Virus record (IMG/VR): IMGVR_UViG_3300033143_002031
Coordinates: 96,001-160,000 of that record
Length of the DNA: 64,000 nt
Source of the DNA: a virus
Strand: one strand, 5' to 3'
This document shows positions 46,293-54,123 of the stretch, in pieces. How positions within the stretch are numbered: the stretch's first letter is position 1; each line of letters starts with the position of its first letter. The position numbers were made by a program, and so were the translations under genes. The notes beneath the pieces are model-generated. The model had not been told where the DNA came from and made no database searches. It worked only from the letters and a program-made list of their open reading frames with translations.

Positions 46293-46940
46293 ATGCCTGA
46301 GTTGATTGCCCCGCAATACGTCATCCTGGAGTACCCCGAGGACGCGCACTTGCGAATCGAGCGAGCGGCGCGCATCTGCTACAAGTCCGAGGACAAGATC
46401 ACGGAAGGGTCGGCCGAGAAGCTGACGCGCGGGCTCATTGAACGACGGCACTACGCGATGGTCGAGTTCGGTGGCTGGATCGTGGTCAAGTTCTTCTCCA
46501 ACCGGGGCTTCACCCACGAACTGGTTCGGCACCGGCTATCCTCGCTGGCGCAGGAGTCAACGCGCTACTGCAACTACTCGAAGGGGAAGTTTTCCGGAGC
46601 GATCACCTGTGTCGATCCCTCGGCCATGCTGGAGATGAAGGTCTCCGATCCAGGGAAGCGGGCTGAGTTCAAGGCCGACATGATAGAGTCCTGGGCTCAG
46701 TGCGAAGCGAAGTACATGAGCATGGTCGAGTGTGGGTGCCCGGCGGAGATCGCGCGAGAGGTGCTCCCCATCGGCTTGAAGGCGGAGATCGTCATCGGCG
46801 CCAACGTGCGCGAGTGGCGGCACATCTTCTCGCTACGGTGCTCGAAGAAGGCCCACCCCCGCATGCGCGAACTGATGCTCCCGCTCCGTGAGGAGCTACA
46901 GAGCCTCGTCCCCGTTGTGTTCGATGACCTCGGAGAATAG
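46293..46940 (+). CDS. thyX: Flavin-dependent thymidylate synthase
   Basis: H.AMVEF, THELVRHR..SLAQESTRY, AREVLP, N.REW.H...LR....AH. Confidence 0.95.
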   Translation: MPELIAPQYVILEYPEDAHLRIERAARICYKSEDKITEGSAEKLTRGLIERRHYAMVEFGGWIVVKFFSNRGFTHELVRHRLSSLAQESTRYCNYSKGKFSGAITCVDPSAMLEMKVSDPGKRAEFKADMIESWAQCEAKYMSMVECGCPAEIAREVLPIGLKAEIVIGANVREWRHIFSLRCSKKAHPRMRELMLPLREELQSLVPVVFDDLGE

Positions 46941-47222
46941 ATGAGTTACGACGATCAGTACCCCCGTGCGGTTCGAGAACCATCTCCACCCCACGGCGAG
47001 CGCGATCCTGTCATCCTGAAGCCGGTGGAGGTGCTGGTCACTGACGGCAAGTTGGACAAGGCCCTCCGCAAACTCACGAAGAAGATGGCTGCCGAGGGGG
47101 TCCTGAAGGAACTGAAGAAGCGCCGCCGGGCTACCAAGCCAAGCGATCGGAAGCGGCGCAAGCGAGTGGACGCGGCTCGACGACGCAGGAAGCGCGCACG
47201 GGCTGCTGAGAAGAAGGGGTAA
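46941..47222 (+). CDS. rpsU: Ribosomal protein bS21 with N-terminal extension
   Basis: V.V.DG.LDKALRKL.KK...EGVLKELK.RR..KPS..KRRK...ARRR. Confidence 0.85.
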   Translation: MSYDDQYPRAVREPSPPHGERDPVILKPVEVLVTDGKLDKALRKLTKKMAAEGVLKELKKRRRATKPSDRKRRKRVDAARRRRKRARAAEKKG

Positions 47223-47228
47223 GTCGCG

Positions 47229-47708
47229 ATGGATAACGACAGGAAGGGCAACGACAGGCCGCGCAATCCCATCGACCACTGGGAGACGGTGGAGATGTTG
47301 CACAGCGATCTCCAGAACGTGGGTAAGGATGCCCTTGGACTCGTGATCGAGGTCCAGCGACCTGTGTTCGAGGGCGGACGCACGGGTCACGTGGCGATGG
47401 GTGTCGTCCTGAAGCGGGGAGAGCGCATGCTGCGGTTGAAGTGTCATGGCGGAGAGACCACGGAAATCTCCGCTCTCCGCGAGATGCTCAACCGCCTGGA
47501 CGACGCGAAGCTGGACGAGACCAAGGATCGCTTTGCGGAACTGCGGAAGGAGCACGACCCGCCCCCGCGCCCGCAGCGACAGGAACGAGGTTCCGGGCCG
47601 AGTAGGGTGGGCGGCGGGGCCGGCGGTCTCGGCCAGTTCTCGGCGCCTGGCAAGACGGCGCGGAAGCGCGAGAACAAGGCGAAGCGGGCCAGGGGCGAGA
47701 CGGTATGA
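47229..47708 (+). CDS. Hypothetical protein
   Basis: Tightly packed; basic C-terminus. Confidence 0.65.
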   Translation: MDNDRKGNDRPRNPIDHWETVEMLHSDLQNVGKDALGLVIEVQRPVFEGGRTGHVAMGVVLKRGERMLRLKCHGGETTEISALREMLNRLDDAKLDETKDRFAELRKEHDPPPRPQRQERGSGPSRVGGGAGGLGQFSAPGKTARKRENKAKRARGETV

Positions 47709-47998
47709 AGGAGCACGACCTCAAGACCTGGCCCCGGGAGTTTGCTGCCGTCGCTGGCTGCGCCAAGCGGTTCGAGTATCGGAAGGACGACCGAGGCTTC
47801 GAGGTCGAGGACGTGCTCATCTTGCACGAGTGGGATCCAGCCGCCGGGGCGCAGTTCGGTACTGGCGGCGAGTACACCGGGAGGGTTCTGCGAGCGCACG
47901 TGACCTACATTCTCCATGGTCCGGACTTCGGTGTACCTACGGGCTACGTGGTCATGTCCATCCTGCCTGACCCGCTGGGGGAGCCGTGGGTAACATAG
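47705..47998 (+). CDS. ASCH/DUF3850 (PUA-like) domain protein
   Basis: HDLKTWP..F.AV...K.FE.RKDDR.F.V.D.L.L.EW...YTGR...VTYI...GYVVMSI. Confidence 0.88.
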   Translation: MKEHDLKTWPREFAAVAGCAKRFEYRKDDRGFEVEDVLILHEWDPAAGAQFGTGGEYTGRVLRAHVTYILHGPDFGVPTGYVVMSILPDPLGEPWVT

Positions 47999-48228
47999 GC
48001 GAGGACGTCACTCTGGCTGAGATGCACCGCCAGCACGCCGACGCCCTCCGGATCATTGCCGAGCTACGTGAGCGTGCGGAGAGGGCCGAGCGCAAGGCGG
48101 CACGCTGGAAGGAACTGTACGAATCCTCTCTGGCGATCGTCCGCTGCTACCAGGCCGAGCGGGAGAGTTTGCTGGCTCGCGTGCAGGCCGCGCTCCTCGG
48201 AATCGCCTCCGCCTCCGACTCTGACTGA
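47986..48228 (+). CDS. Coiled-coil hypothetical protein
   Basis: Heptad pattern. Confidence 0.5.
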   Translation: MGNIGEDVTLAEMHRQHADALRIIAELRERAERAERKAARWKELYESSLAIVRCYQAERESLLARVQAALLGIASASDSD

Positions 48229-48282
48229 CACCTACACTTCTCCACAAATCGACAGAGCGCCGATCTTTTTTCACGTTTGCTC

Positions 48283-48311
48283 TTGACGCCGTCGGCTGGC
48301 TCGTGCATGAT
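48283..48311 (+). promoter_or_regulatory. Probable promoter
   Basis: TTGACG-17-CATGAT; leader hairpin CGCGGT/ACCGCG before AAGGAGG. Confidence 0.55.
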
Positions 48312-48355
48312 GGGGTTATCAGGTCGCGGTTGCTACCGCGAAGGAGGAAGCGCAG

Positions 48356-49030
48356 ATGAGTCTCAGTAACTACACCGCTCTCAAGAACGTCGACATCCAC
48401 GCCGCGCCCCCGTGGGCAGCCCTCATGTTGGGGGCGATCCCGCGCATCGAGGCCGACGCGAAACGCTGGCGCCAGGCCGCGCACGACGTGGCAGTCGCGA
48501 ACGGTGTCGGCCCGAATGACTCCGTGTGCAGACCCTACTTCAAGCGTGCGGGTCGGCTCGACAAGCGTGCGAGCATGTTGGCCATGGGCGCGGCTCTCGA
48601 AATCGCCGGGCGCGACGTGGCGAACCTGGACGCGGAGATCCTGTCCTGCTTCACCAAGAAGGGGCGCCACAAGAGCGAGACGATCATACGGCGCCTCTTC
48701 AAGGTGTCTTGCTGGCTCGAATATGAATGGGAGCGCACGATCGAGAAGCGCCTCCGTCGTCTGGTGAACGAGGGTCGGCTCTGGACGGACTACGGCCGCA
48801 CGAGCGACACCCTTTACCTGCTTCCGACTCCCGAGCGCGTCGCGGCGGAGGCGGCGGAGAAGGCGACCCATGCGAAGCACGACGCACTCGTGAAGGTGCG
48901 CAAGGCCAGGCAGGCGGCCGTGATCGATCTGCTCAAGTCGAAGGGCTGCGAGAGCCCGACGAAGCACCGCTACGACGACGAGCGCGTGACCATGAGCGTG
49001 AGCGACCTGGAGAAATTGCTGGGCCTGTAG
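48356..49030 (+). CDS. Hypothetical protein
   Basis: SD AAGGAGG; GC3-rich. Confidence 0.7.
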   Translation: MSLSNYTALKNVDIHAAPPWAALMLGAIPRIEADAKRWRQAAHDVAVANGVGPNDSVCRPYFKRAGRLDKRASMLAMGAALEIAGRDVANLDAEILSCFTKKGRHKSETIIRRLFKVSCWLEYEWERTIEKRLRRLVNEGRLWTDYGRTSDTLYLLPTPERVAAEAAEKATHAKHDALVKVRKARQAAVIDLLKSKGCESPTKHRYDDERVTMSVSDLEKLLGL

Positions 49031-49042
49031 AAGGAGGGTAGG

Positions 49043-49720
49043 ATGCCGAGAGTCAACCAAGTGAAGCGGAGCCAGAAGGACCAGGGGGCGTGCGGGCGCT
49101 GCGGGAAGGCGCTTCCGAAGGGCTCGCCCTACGTGTGGATCAAGTTCCGCCACGGTGGCCGGCGTATCCGCTGCACCGACTCGGCCTGCCGGTTCCGTCC
49201 GAGCGACCTCACGCAGTCGAAGATGAGCGGTGTCTACGCGGCGCAGGAGAACGCCGAGGACAGCATCGGCGACCTGTGCAGCGTCGAGGGTATCAAGGGC
49301 CTCGCCGAAGAGACGGCCGACTCGATCGTGGAGGTCGCCGAGGAGTACCAGGAGAGCGCGGACAGCATTCACGACTCCTTCTCCGAGTCGACCACGGCGG
49401 ATGAGTGTGAAGAGAAGGCCGAGGGCTTGAATGACTGGGCCGAGACGATCCGCGACTCCGTGAGCGACTTCGCGGACGAGTTCGAGCCCACCAACAGCTT
49501 CAATGCGGATGGGGACCGCGTGTGCTCCGAGTGCGGCAGCGAGGTCGAGGCGGACGCCACTTATTGGATGTGCTGCGACACCATAGGGTGCGGCGCGCAC
49601 GACGACATCGACCCGAACGAGGACACGGAGCCGCGCGACGACGAGGAGCGCACCCACGAGGAGTGGGTCGAGGCCGCGCGGGATGCCCTCAACGACACCC
49701 TCGGCGAGTGCCCCTGCTAG
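49043..49720 (+). CDS. Zn-finger and acidic coiled-coil phage protein
   Basis: CGRCG..I.KG..Y.W.KF...C...RPSDLT.S; second Cys cluster CSEC..CC..C. Confidence 0.72.
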   Translation: MPRVNQVKRSQKDQGACGRCGKALPKGSPYVWIKFRHGGRRIRCTDSACRFRPSDLTQSKMSGVYAAQENAEDSIGDLCSVEGIKGLAEETADSIVEVAEEYQESADSIHDSFSESTTADECEEKAEGLNDWAETIRDSVSDFADEFEPTNSFNADGDRVCSECGSEVEADATYWMCCDTIGCGAHDDIDPNEDTEPRDDEERTHEEWVEAARDALNDTLGECPC

Positions 49721-49840
49721 CCCCTCCCCCGCGCGCCCGCGCAACCCCCTCTCCCTGACCCCCTGACAGCCCCTCTAAGCCCCGCAAGCCCGGACAGCCC
49801 CTTGGTAGGGCCGGAGCCCTACGAGGCCCCGGAGCCCCTC
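49719..49840 (+). repeat. C-rich intergenic tract with roughly 9-10 nt phased AGCCC(C) units
   Basis: AGCCC(C) at 49719, 49768, 49778, 49787, 49796, 49815 and 49833, upstream of the small terminase candidate. Confidence 0.6.
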
Positions 49841-49878
49841 AGAGCGCTGCTAGCTGGCTCTCCCTGCCAGGTTGCCCT

Positions 49879-50556
49879 ATGATGGTCAAGATGGGTAGAA
49901 AACGATCCAGCGGGAAGCCCCCCGGCCGGAGCACCCGATTCAAGAAGCTGCGAGCCCTCGCGTGCTACCAAGAGGTCTACGAGCGCATTTGCGCTGGGTG
50001 GCCTCTCGCGCAGGTGGCGCGGTTCGTCCAGGAGGAGCGGCGCGAGTACACCGCAATCTCTTGCCACGGGCTCGAACAGCAGTTGGCCGAGTTCCGGAAG
50101 GAGATGCCTCCAGGGGACCTTGTGCAGAAGCGGTTTCCGGAGGTCTTCGACGAGGCGAAGAAGAAGGTCGAAGAGGGCATCGACGAACTGGTCGAACTGG
50201 AGGAGCTATACCGAATCCAGATGCACCGTGTTGGAGTGGACTTCGCCACTGAGAAGGGGATCGGAAAACTCATGCCGTCGATGACGGGAGAGATCCGAGA
50301 GGCCCGGAACATCTTGAAGGACATGGCCGACCTGAAGCTGGAGATGGGCGTCCTCGGTCGTGCGCCTCGGGGTGTGGATGTCAACGTCGGTGTCGAGGTG
50401 GAGGCTACGCTCTCCGAGAGCGTCCTAGCCAAGTTCGGTGACGGGGCTGTCGCGAAGGTGTTGGAGGACCCCGAATCACGCCGGAAGGTCATGGGGGTCA
50501 TGGAGCGGTTTCTGCGGTTGCCAGAGGGCACCAAGCCTCCCGAAGGGTCCAACTAG
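49879..50556 (+). CDS. Putative terminase small subunit
   Basis: Immediately upstream of TerL; N-terminal HTH-like segment and coiled coil; true start may be ATG 49891 (leaderless, after TATGAT). Confidence 0.6.
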   Translation: MMVKMGRKRSSGKPPGRSTRFKKLRALACYQEVYERICAGWPLAQVARFVQEERREYTAISCHGLEQQLAEFRKEMPPGDLVQKRFPEVFDEAKKKVEEGIDELVELEELYRIQMHRVGVDFATEKGIGKLMPSMTGEIREARNILKDMADLKLEMGVLGRAPRGVDVNVGVEVEATLSESVLAKFGDGAVAKVLEDPESRRKVMGVMERFLRLPEGTKPPEGSN

Positions 50557-50565
50557 GACCACCGC

Positions 50566-53500
50566 ATGATCGAGTACGAGAATGGCCACTGGCGGTCAGT
50601 GCGGACGCCGCAGGAGGGGACCGGGCTCCTGGAGAGAGACCTGGAGACCCTCACCTCCGAGGAGCGCGAGACGATCGGGGTTCTCATGGCCGAGCTAGCG
50701 GACCCCGCCGCGTCTGCCGGGCTCCTCCAGACCATCGGCAACCTGGAGTGGCTACGCACCCCGGTGGACATGCAAACTTTCTGCATGGACCCGTACTACC
50801 TCGGGAACACCTGCGACAACCTGTACCCGAGGCTCCTGGAGGACATCACCGCGCTGTTCGAGGAGGGCTATCGGGAGGCGGTCCTCACGGGCGCGATCGG
50901 GTGGGGGAAGACCTTCGCTGCGTCCATCGGCATCTGCCGGCTTCTGTACATCCTGAGTTGCATGCGGGACCCCCACCGTTCTTTCGGAATCGCAGCCAAC
51001 TCGAACATCTCGATCGTCTGCCTCTCGGTCAACGAGATCCTGGCCACCAAGGTCGCCTACGAGAACATCGCTACCAAGATCGAGGCGAGCCCCTACTTTC
51101 AGGAAAACTTCCCGTTCGAGAAGACAAAGAAGGAACTTCGCTTCCCACGCAAGGTGTGGGTGGCCGCGCGTGCGAGCAACGACGGCTCGGTCTTGGGGCT
51201 AAATGTTATTGGAGGCTTGCTGGATGAATGTGTGCCAGTCGGGTCGCTGGTGCTGCTCGGGGATGGTAAACAGGCTCGTGTGGAGACGTTGGTCGGTCGG
51301 ACCGATGTGGTGGTCGAGACGTTCGACTTCGAGCTAGGTCACGCTGTGCCAGCACAGGCGTTCGTGAAATGGTCGTCGGAGCAGCCGTGTTACGAGTTGG
51401 AGTTGGATAACGGTGGAGTGATGCGCGGGTCGGCCGATCACCCTGTTGCAGTTCGACAGGTTGACGGCACCTTCACTTTCAACGTAATGGGCGCTATCCT
51501 GGACGGGCAGGAGGTTGTGGTTCATGCCCCGATGGACGGAGGAGCGCCGGAAAGCTCATTCGGAGCGGATGAAGGCTCTGTGGGCGGAGGGACGATACAA
51601 GGACCGGGAGATGTCACCCGAGGGTCGCGAGAGGCAGGTTTCGGCGGTGCGGCAGATGCACGCGGAGGGACGGGGCTTTGTTCCGCCTCCGATGGAGGGG
51701 ACCGACAACCCGATGTATGGGAAGCGGCTCTCCGACTCGCAGAAAGAGCGCATAGGCGAAGTGAGCAGAGGCAGGCGGTGGTCGGACGAGGACCGCAAGC
51801 GCATGTCCGAGCAGCGGACCGGGAAGCCGGTCCACTCACAAGAGTTCAAGGACGCGCTGGCCGAACGCAACCGGGAGCGCAAGGGCAAGTTCAAGCACAC
51901 CGAGGAGACCAAACAGAAGATCTCCGAATCGAACATCTGGAAACTCCGCAAGGGGGACTTCCGCTACTTGGGTTGGGCGCAGACGACCAAGGCAGGGCGT
52001 GTCGGTTTCCGCAGTCTGTACGAATTGAGAGCCATCGAGTTGTTGGAGGCGGACTCCTCTGTGACGCGGTTCGAGTACGAGAAGCTGGCGGTCTCCTACT
52101 CGTTGAACGGGACGACCCGCCGCACGGTGCCGGACTTTCGAGTCTGGGGCGACAGGGATCGTGTGATCGAGGTCAAGCCCCGGGGCTTCACCTACCATTG
52201 GAAGGAGAAGCTCAAGATGGGTGCCGCGCGGCGCTACTGCGAGGAGCACGGCTTGGAGTACGTAGTCTGGGACGAGAGCTTTCTGTGGCCCGCGTCGTGT
52301 CCAAGAGAGACGTGGGAGTGCAGCCTACCTACGACGTTTCGGTCCCAGGGTACGAGTGCTTCGTCGTAGACGGGGTTCTCGTCCACAACACCAACTTCAT
52401 GCCCAAGGCGAGCAAGGGGCAGGACCCGAGGTTCAACCTTCAGGACCGGGCCGAGGTGCTGTACAACGCCATGCAGCGCCGGATGAAGTCCAGGTTCGAG
52501 CGCAAGGGACGGCTGCCCGGCATTCTGTTCGTCGTCTCCTCGAAGCAGACCAACGATGACTTCACGGCCAAGCGGGTCAAAGAGTCGATTCTCGACCCGA
52601 CAGTGTTCGTGCGGGATTACGCTCTTTGGGACGTCAAGCCGGACATCTACTACTCTGACGACTGGTTCCATGTGGTGGTGGGGAACGAGCAAGCTCCCAG
52701 TCGAATCATCGAGGTCGATGAAGACCTCGATGAGGTGAGGGTGCTGCTCCCCGAGGACTGCGTTGTGATCGAAGTTCCGGAGGACTTCCGAGTAGACTTC
52801 GAGAAAGACTTGGAAGGGGCCATCCGGGACCTTGCGGGCGTGGCCACCGTCTCCGTGAGCCCCTACATCCAACGCCGTACCAAGATCGTTGAAGCCATCC
52901 GTCCGGGCATGAAGCACCCTTTCAGCGTGGAGGTGTACGACCCCTCGCAGCCGGGGAGGTTCTACTGGCACAAGATGCTGCGGGCTGCTTCGGACGCCGA
53001 GGGCGGCAACAGGCCCATCCTGAGCCCCTACGCTCCCCGACACATCCACATCGACCCGTCGATGACAGGCGACTCCACAGGCTTCGCCATGGGGCACATC
53101 TCAGGCTGGCGTGAGGTCGTCCGGAGGGACGACGAGGGGAACAAGTACCCCGAGCGTGCTCCGGAGATCACGTTCGACGTGCTCTTGAAGATCGTCCCGC
53201 CTATCGGAGGGGAGATCGTCCTCGGCGAGATACGAAAACTCGTCTACCAGTTGAGCAAGCACGGGTACATGATCACCTGCGTGTCGATCGACTCGTGGAA
53301 CTCCGCCGACGCGATCCAGAAGTTGAATCAGCGAGGCTTCAACGCGATCCAGTTGTCGATCGACAGGACGATGGGACCCTACGACCTTCTGAAGACGGGC
53401 CTCTACGAGGACCGCATCTACTACTACGAATACGAGCCTCTCCTTCGGGAGCTACGCGAGGTCGAGCACGACCGCATGAAGCACAAGGTGGACCACCCGC

Positions 53501-53742
53501 TGCGTGGCTCGAAGGATATTTCAGACGCAGCGGCCGGGGTCATGTGGACGCTCACTGAAAACTCCTCCGCACTGCCTCTCCCCATCCTCCGCAGCGTTCC
53601 GCAGAACGGGGATGCGTGGATGCAGGAGCACCAGCAAGCGGCGATGGCGAGGAGCTACGGGAGCGAGGACACCTCGGATATGTCGGAGAGTACGGCTTTG
53701 CCTCCGTTTCTGGTAGGCTCTGGAAGCGATTGGGGCGACTGA
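50566..53742 (+). CDS. terL: Terminase large subunit containing an intein
   Basis: Walker A TGAIGWGKT, Walker B GLLDE immediately before the intein, VSS, nuclease HIHID.S...DSTG, KDISDA. Confidence 0.93.
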   Translation: MIEYENGHWRSVRTPQEGTGLLERDLETLTSEERETIGVLMAELADPAASAGLLQTIGNLEWLRTPVDMQTFCMDPYYLGNTCDNLYPRLLEDITALFEEGYREAVLTGAIGWGKTFAASIGICRLLYILSCMRDPHRSFGIAANSNISIVCLSVNEILATKVAYENIATKIEASPYFQENFPFEKTKKELRFPRKVWVAARASNDGSVLGLNVIGGLLDECVPVGSLVLLGDGKQARVETLVGRTDVVVETFDFELGHAVPAQAFVKWSSEQPCYELELDNGGVMRGSADHPVAVRQVDGTFTFNVMGAILDGQEVVVHAPMDGGAPESSFGADEGSVGGGTIQGPGDVTRGSREAGFGGAADARGGTGLCSASDGGDRQPDVWEAALRLAERAHRRSEQRQAVVGRGPQAHVRAADREAGPLTRVQGRAGRTQPGAQGQVQAHRGDQTEDLRIEHLETPQGGLPLLGLGADDQGRACRFPQSVRIESHRVVGGGLLCDAVRVREAGGLLLVERDDPPHGAGLSSLGRQGSCDRGQAPGLHLPLEGEAQDGCRAALLRGARLGVRSLGRELSVARVVSKRDVGVQPTYDVSVPGYECFVVDGVLVHNTNFMPKASKGQDPRFNLQDRAEVLYNAMQRRMKSRFERKGRLPGILFVVSSKQTNDDFTAKRVKESILDPTVFVRDYALWDVKPDIYYSDDWFHVVVGNEQAPSRIIEVDEDLDEVRVLLPEDCVVIEVPEDFRVDFEKDLEGAIRDLAGVATVSVSPYIQRRTKIVEAIRPGMKHPFSVEVYDPSQPGRFYWHKMLRAASDAEGGNRPILSPYAPRHIHIDPSMTGDSTGFAMGHISGWREVVRRDDEGNKYPERAPEITFDVLLKIVPPIGGEIVLGEIRKLVYQLSKHGYMITCVSIDSWNSADAIQKLNQRGFNAIQLSIDRTMGPYDLLKTGLYEDRIYYYEYEPLLRELREVEHDRMKHKVDHPLRGSKDISDAAAGVMWTLTENSSALPLPILRSVPQNGDAWMQEHQQAAMARSYGSEDTSDMSESTALPPFLVGSGSDWGD
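51229..52389 (+). mobile_element. Intein (387 aa) with out-of-frame internal endonuclease gene
   Basis: Starts CVPVGSLV, block B SADHP, ends YDVSV...FVVDGVLVHN followed by Thr; the in-frame middle of about 250 aa has no recognisable domain. Confidence 0.92.
51524..52369 (+). CDS. NUMOD3-repeat / TnsA-like PD-(D/E)XK homing endonuclease in the +1 frame of the intein
   Basis: AGGAGG SD at about 51509-51514 and ATG 51524; NPMYGK..S, HTEETKQKIS; FRS.YE...YE...PDF...IEVKP. Confidence 0.88.
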   Translation: MPRWTEERRKAHSERMKALWAEGRYKDREMSPEGRERQVSAVRQMHAEGRGFVPPPMEGTDNPMYGKRLSDSQKERIGEVSRGRRWSDEDRKRMSEQRTGKPVHSQEFKDALAERNRERKGKFKHTEETKQKISESNIWKLRKGDFRYLGWAQTTKAGRVGFRSLYELRAIELLEADSSVTRFEYEKLAVSYSLNGTTRRTVPDFRVWGDRDRVIEVKPRGFTYHWKEKLKMGAARRYCEEHGLEYVVWDESFLWPASCPRETWECSLPTTFRSQGTSASS

Positions 53743-53781
53743 TCGGTTTCCACGCTCGGTCGCACGTGGTATTAGAGCAGC

Positions 53782-54123
53782 ATGGACAGCGAACTCAGGC
53801 GGCAACTGGAGGAGATCTTCGGAGGCGACATGAACGTCGCACCCGGGGGTACAGGAGCCGTGCTCATTCGCCCATCGAAGTTGTCTTTGGAGGTCGCGCA
53901 GCAAGCCGTCAGGGCTATGCCGATAGACGGGTTGTATCGAGACGTAGGTGCTGTCGCAGCGCGTGTCCTAGCGGATGAACTGGAGAGGCAGTCTCTCCGG
54001 CCGGCGGACTACGCTAACCTCCCCGATCTTCCGAAGGCAGCAGCGAAGCGAATCGTTGGCTACCTTCTCCGGTCGGAGGAGTTTGCTCGGTCGTTCTCCG
54101 AGCACCTGGCCGCGAGGGGATAG
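53782..54123 (+). CDS. Hypothetical protein
   Basis: Between TerL and portal; possibly leaderless (TTTCCA-17-TATTAG-6-ATG). Confidence 0.6.
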   Translation: MDSELRRQLEEIFGGDMNVAPGGTGAVLIRPSKLSLEVAQQAVRAMPIDGLYRDVGAVAARVLADELERQSLRPADYANLPDLPKAAAKRIVGYLLRSEEFARSFSEHLAARG

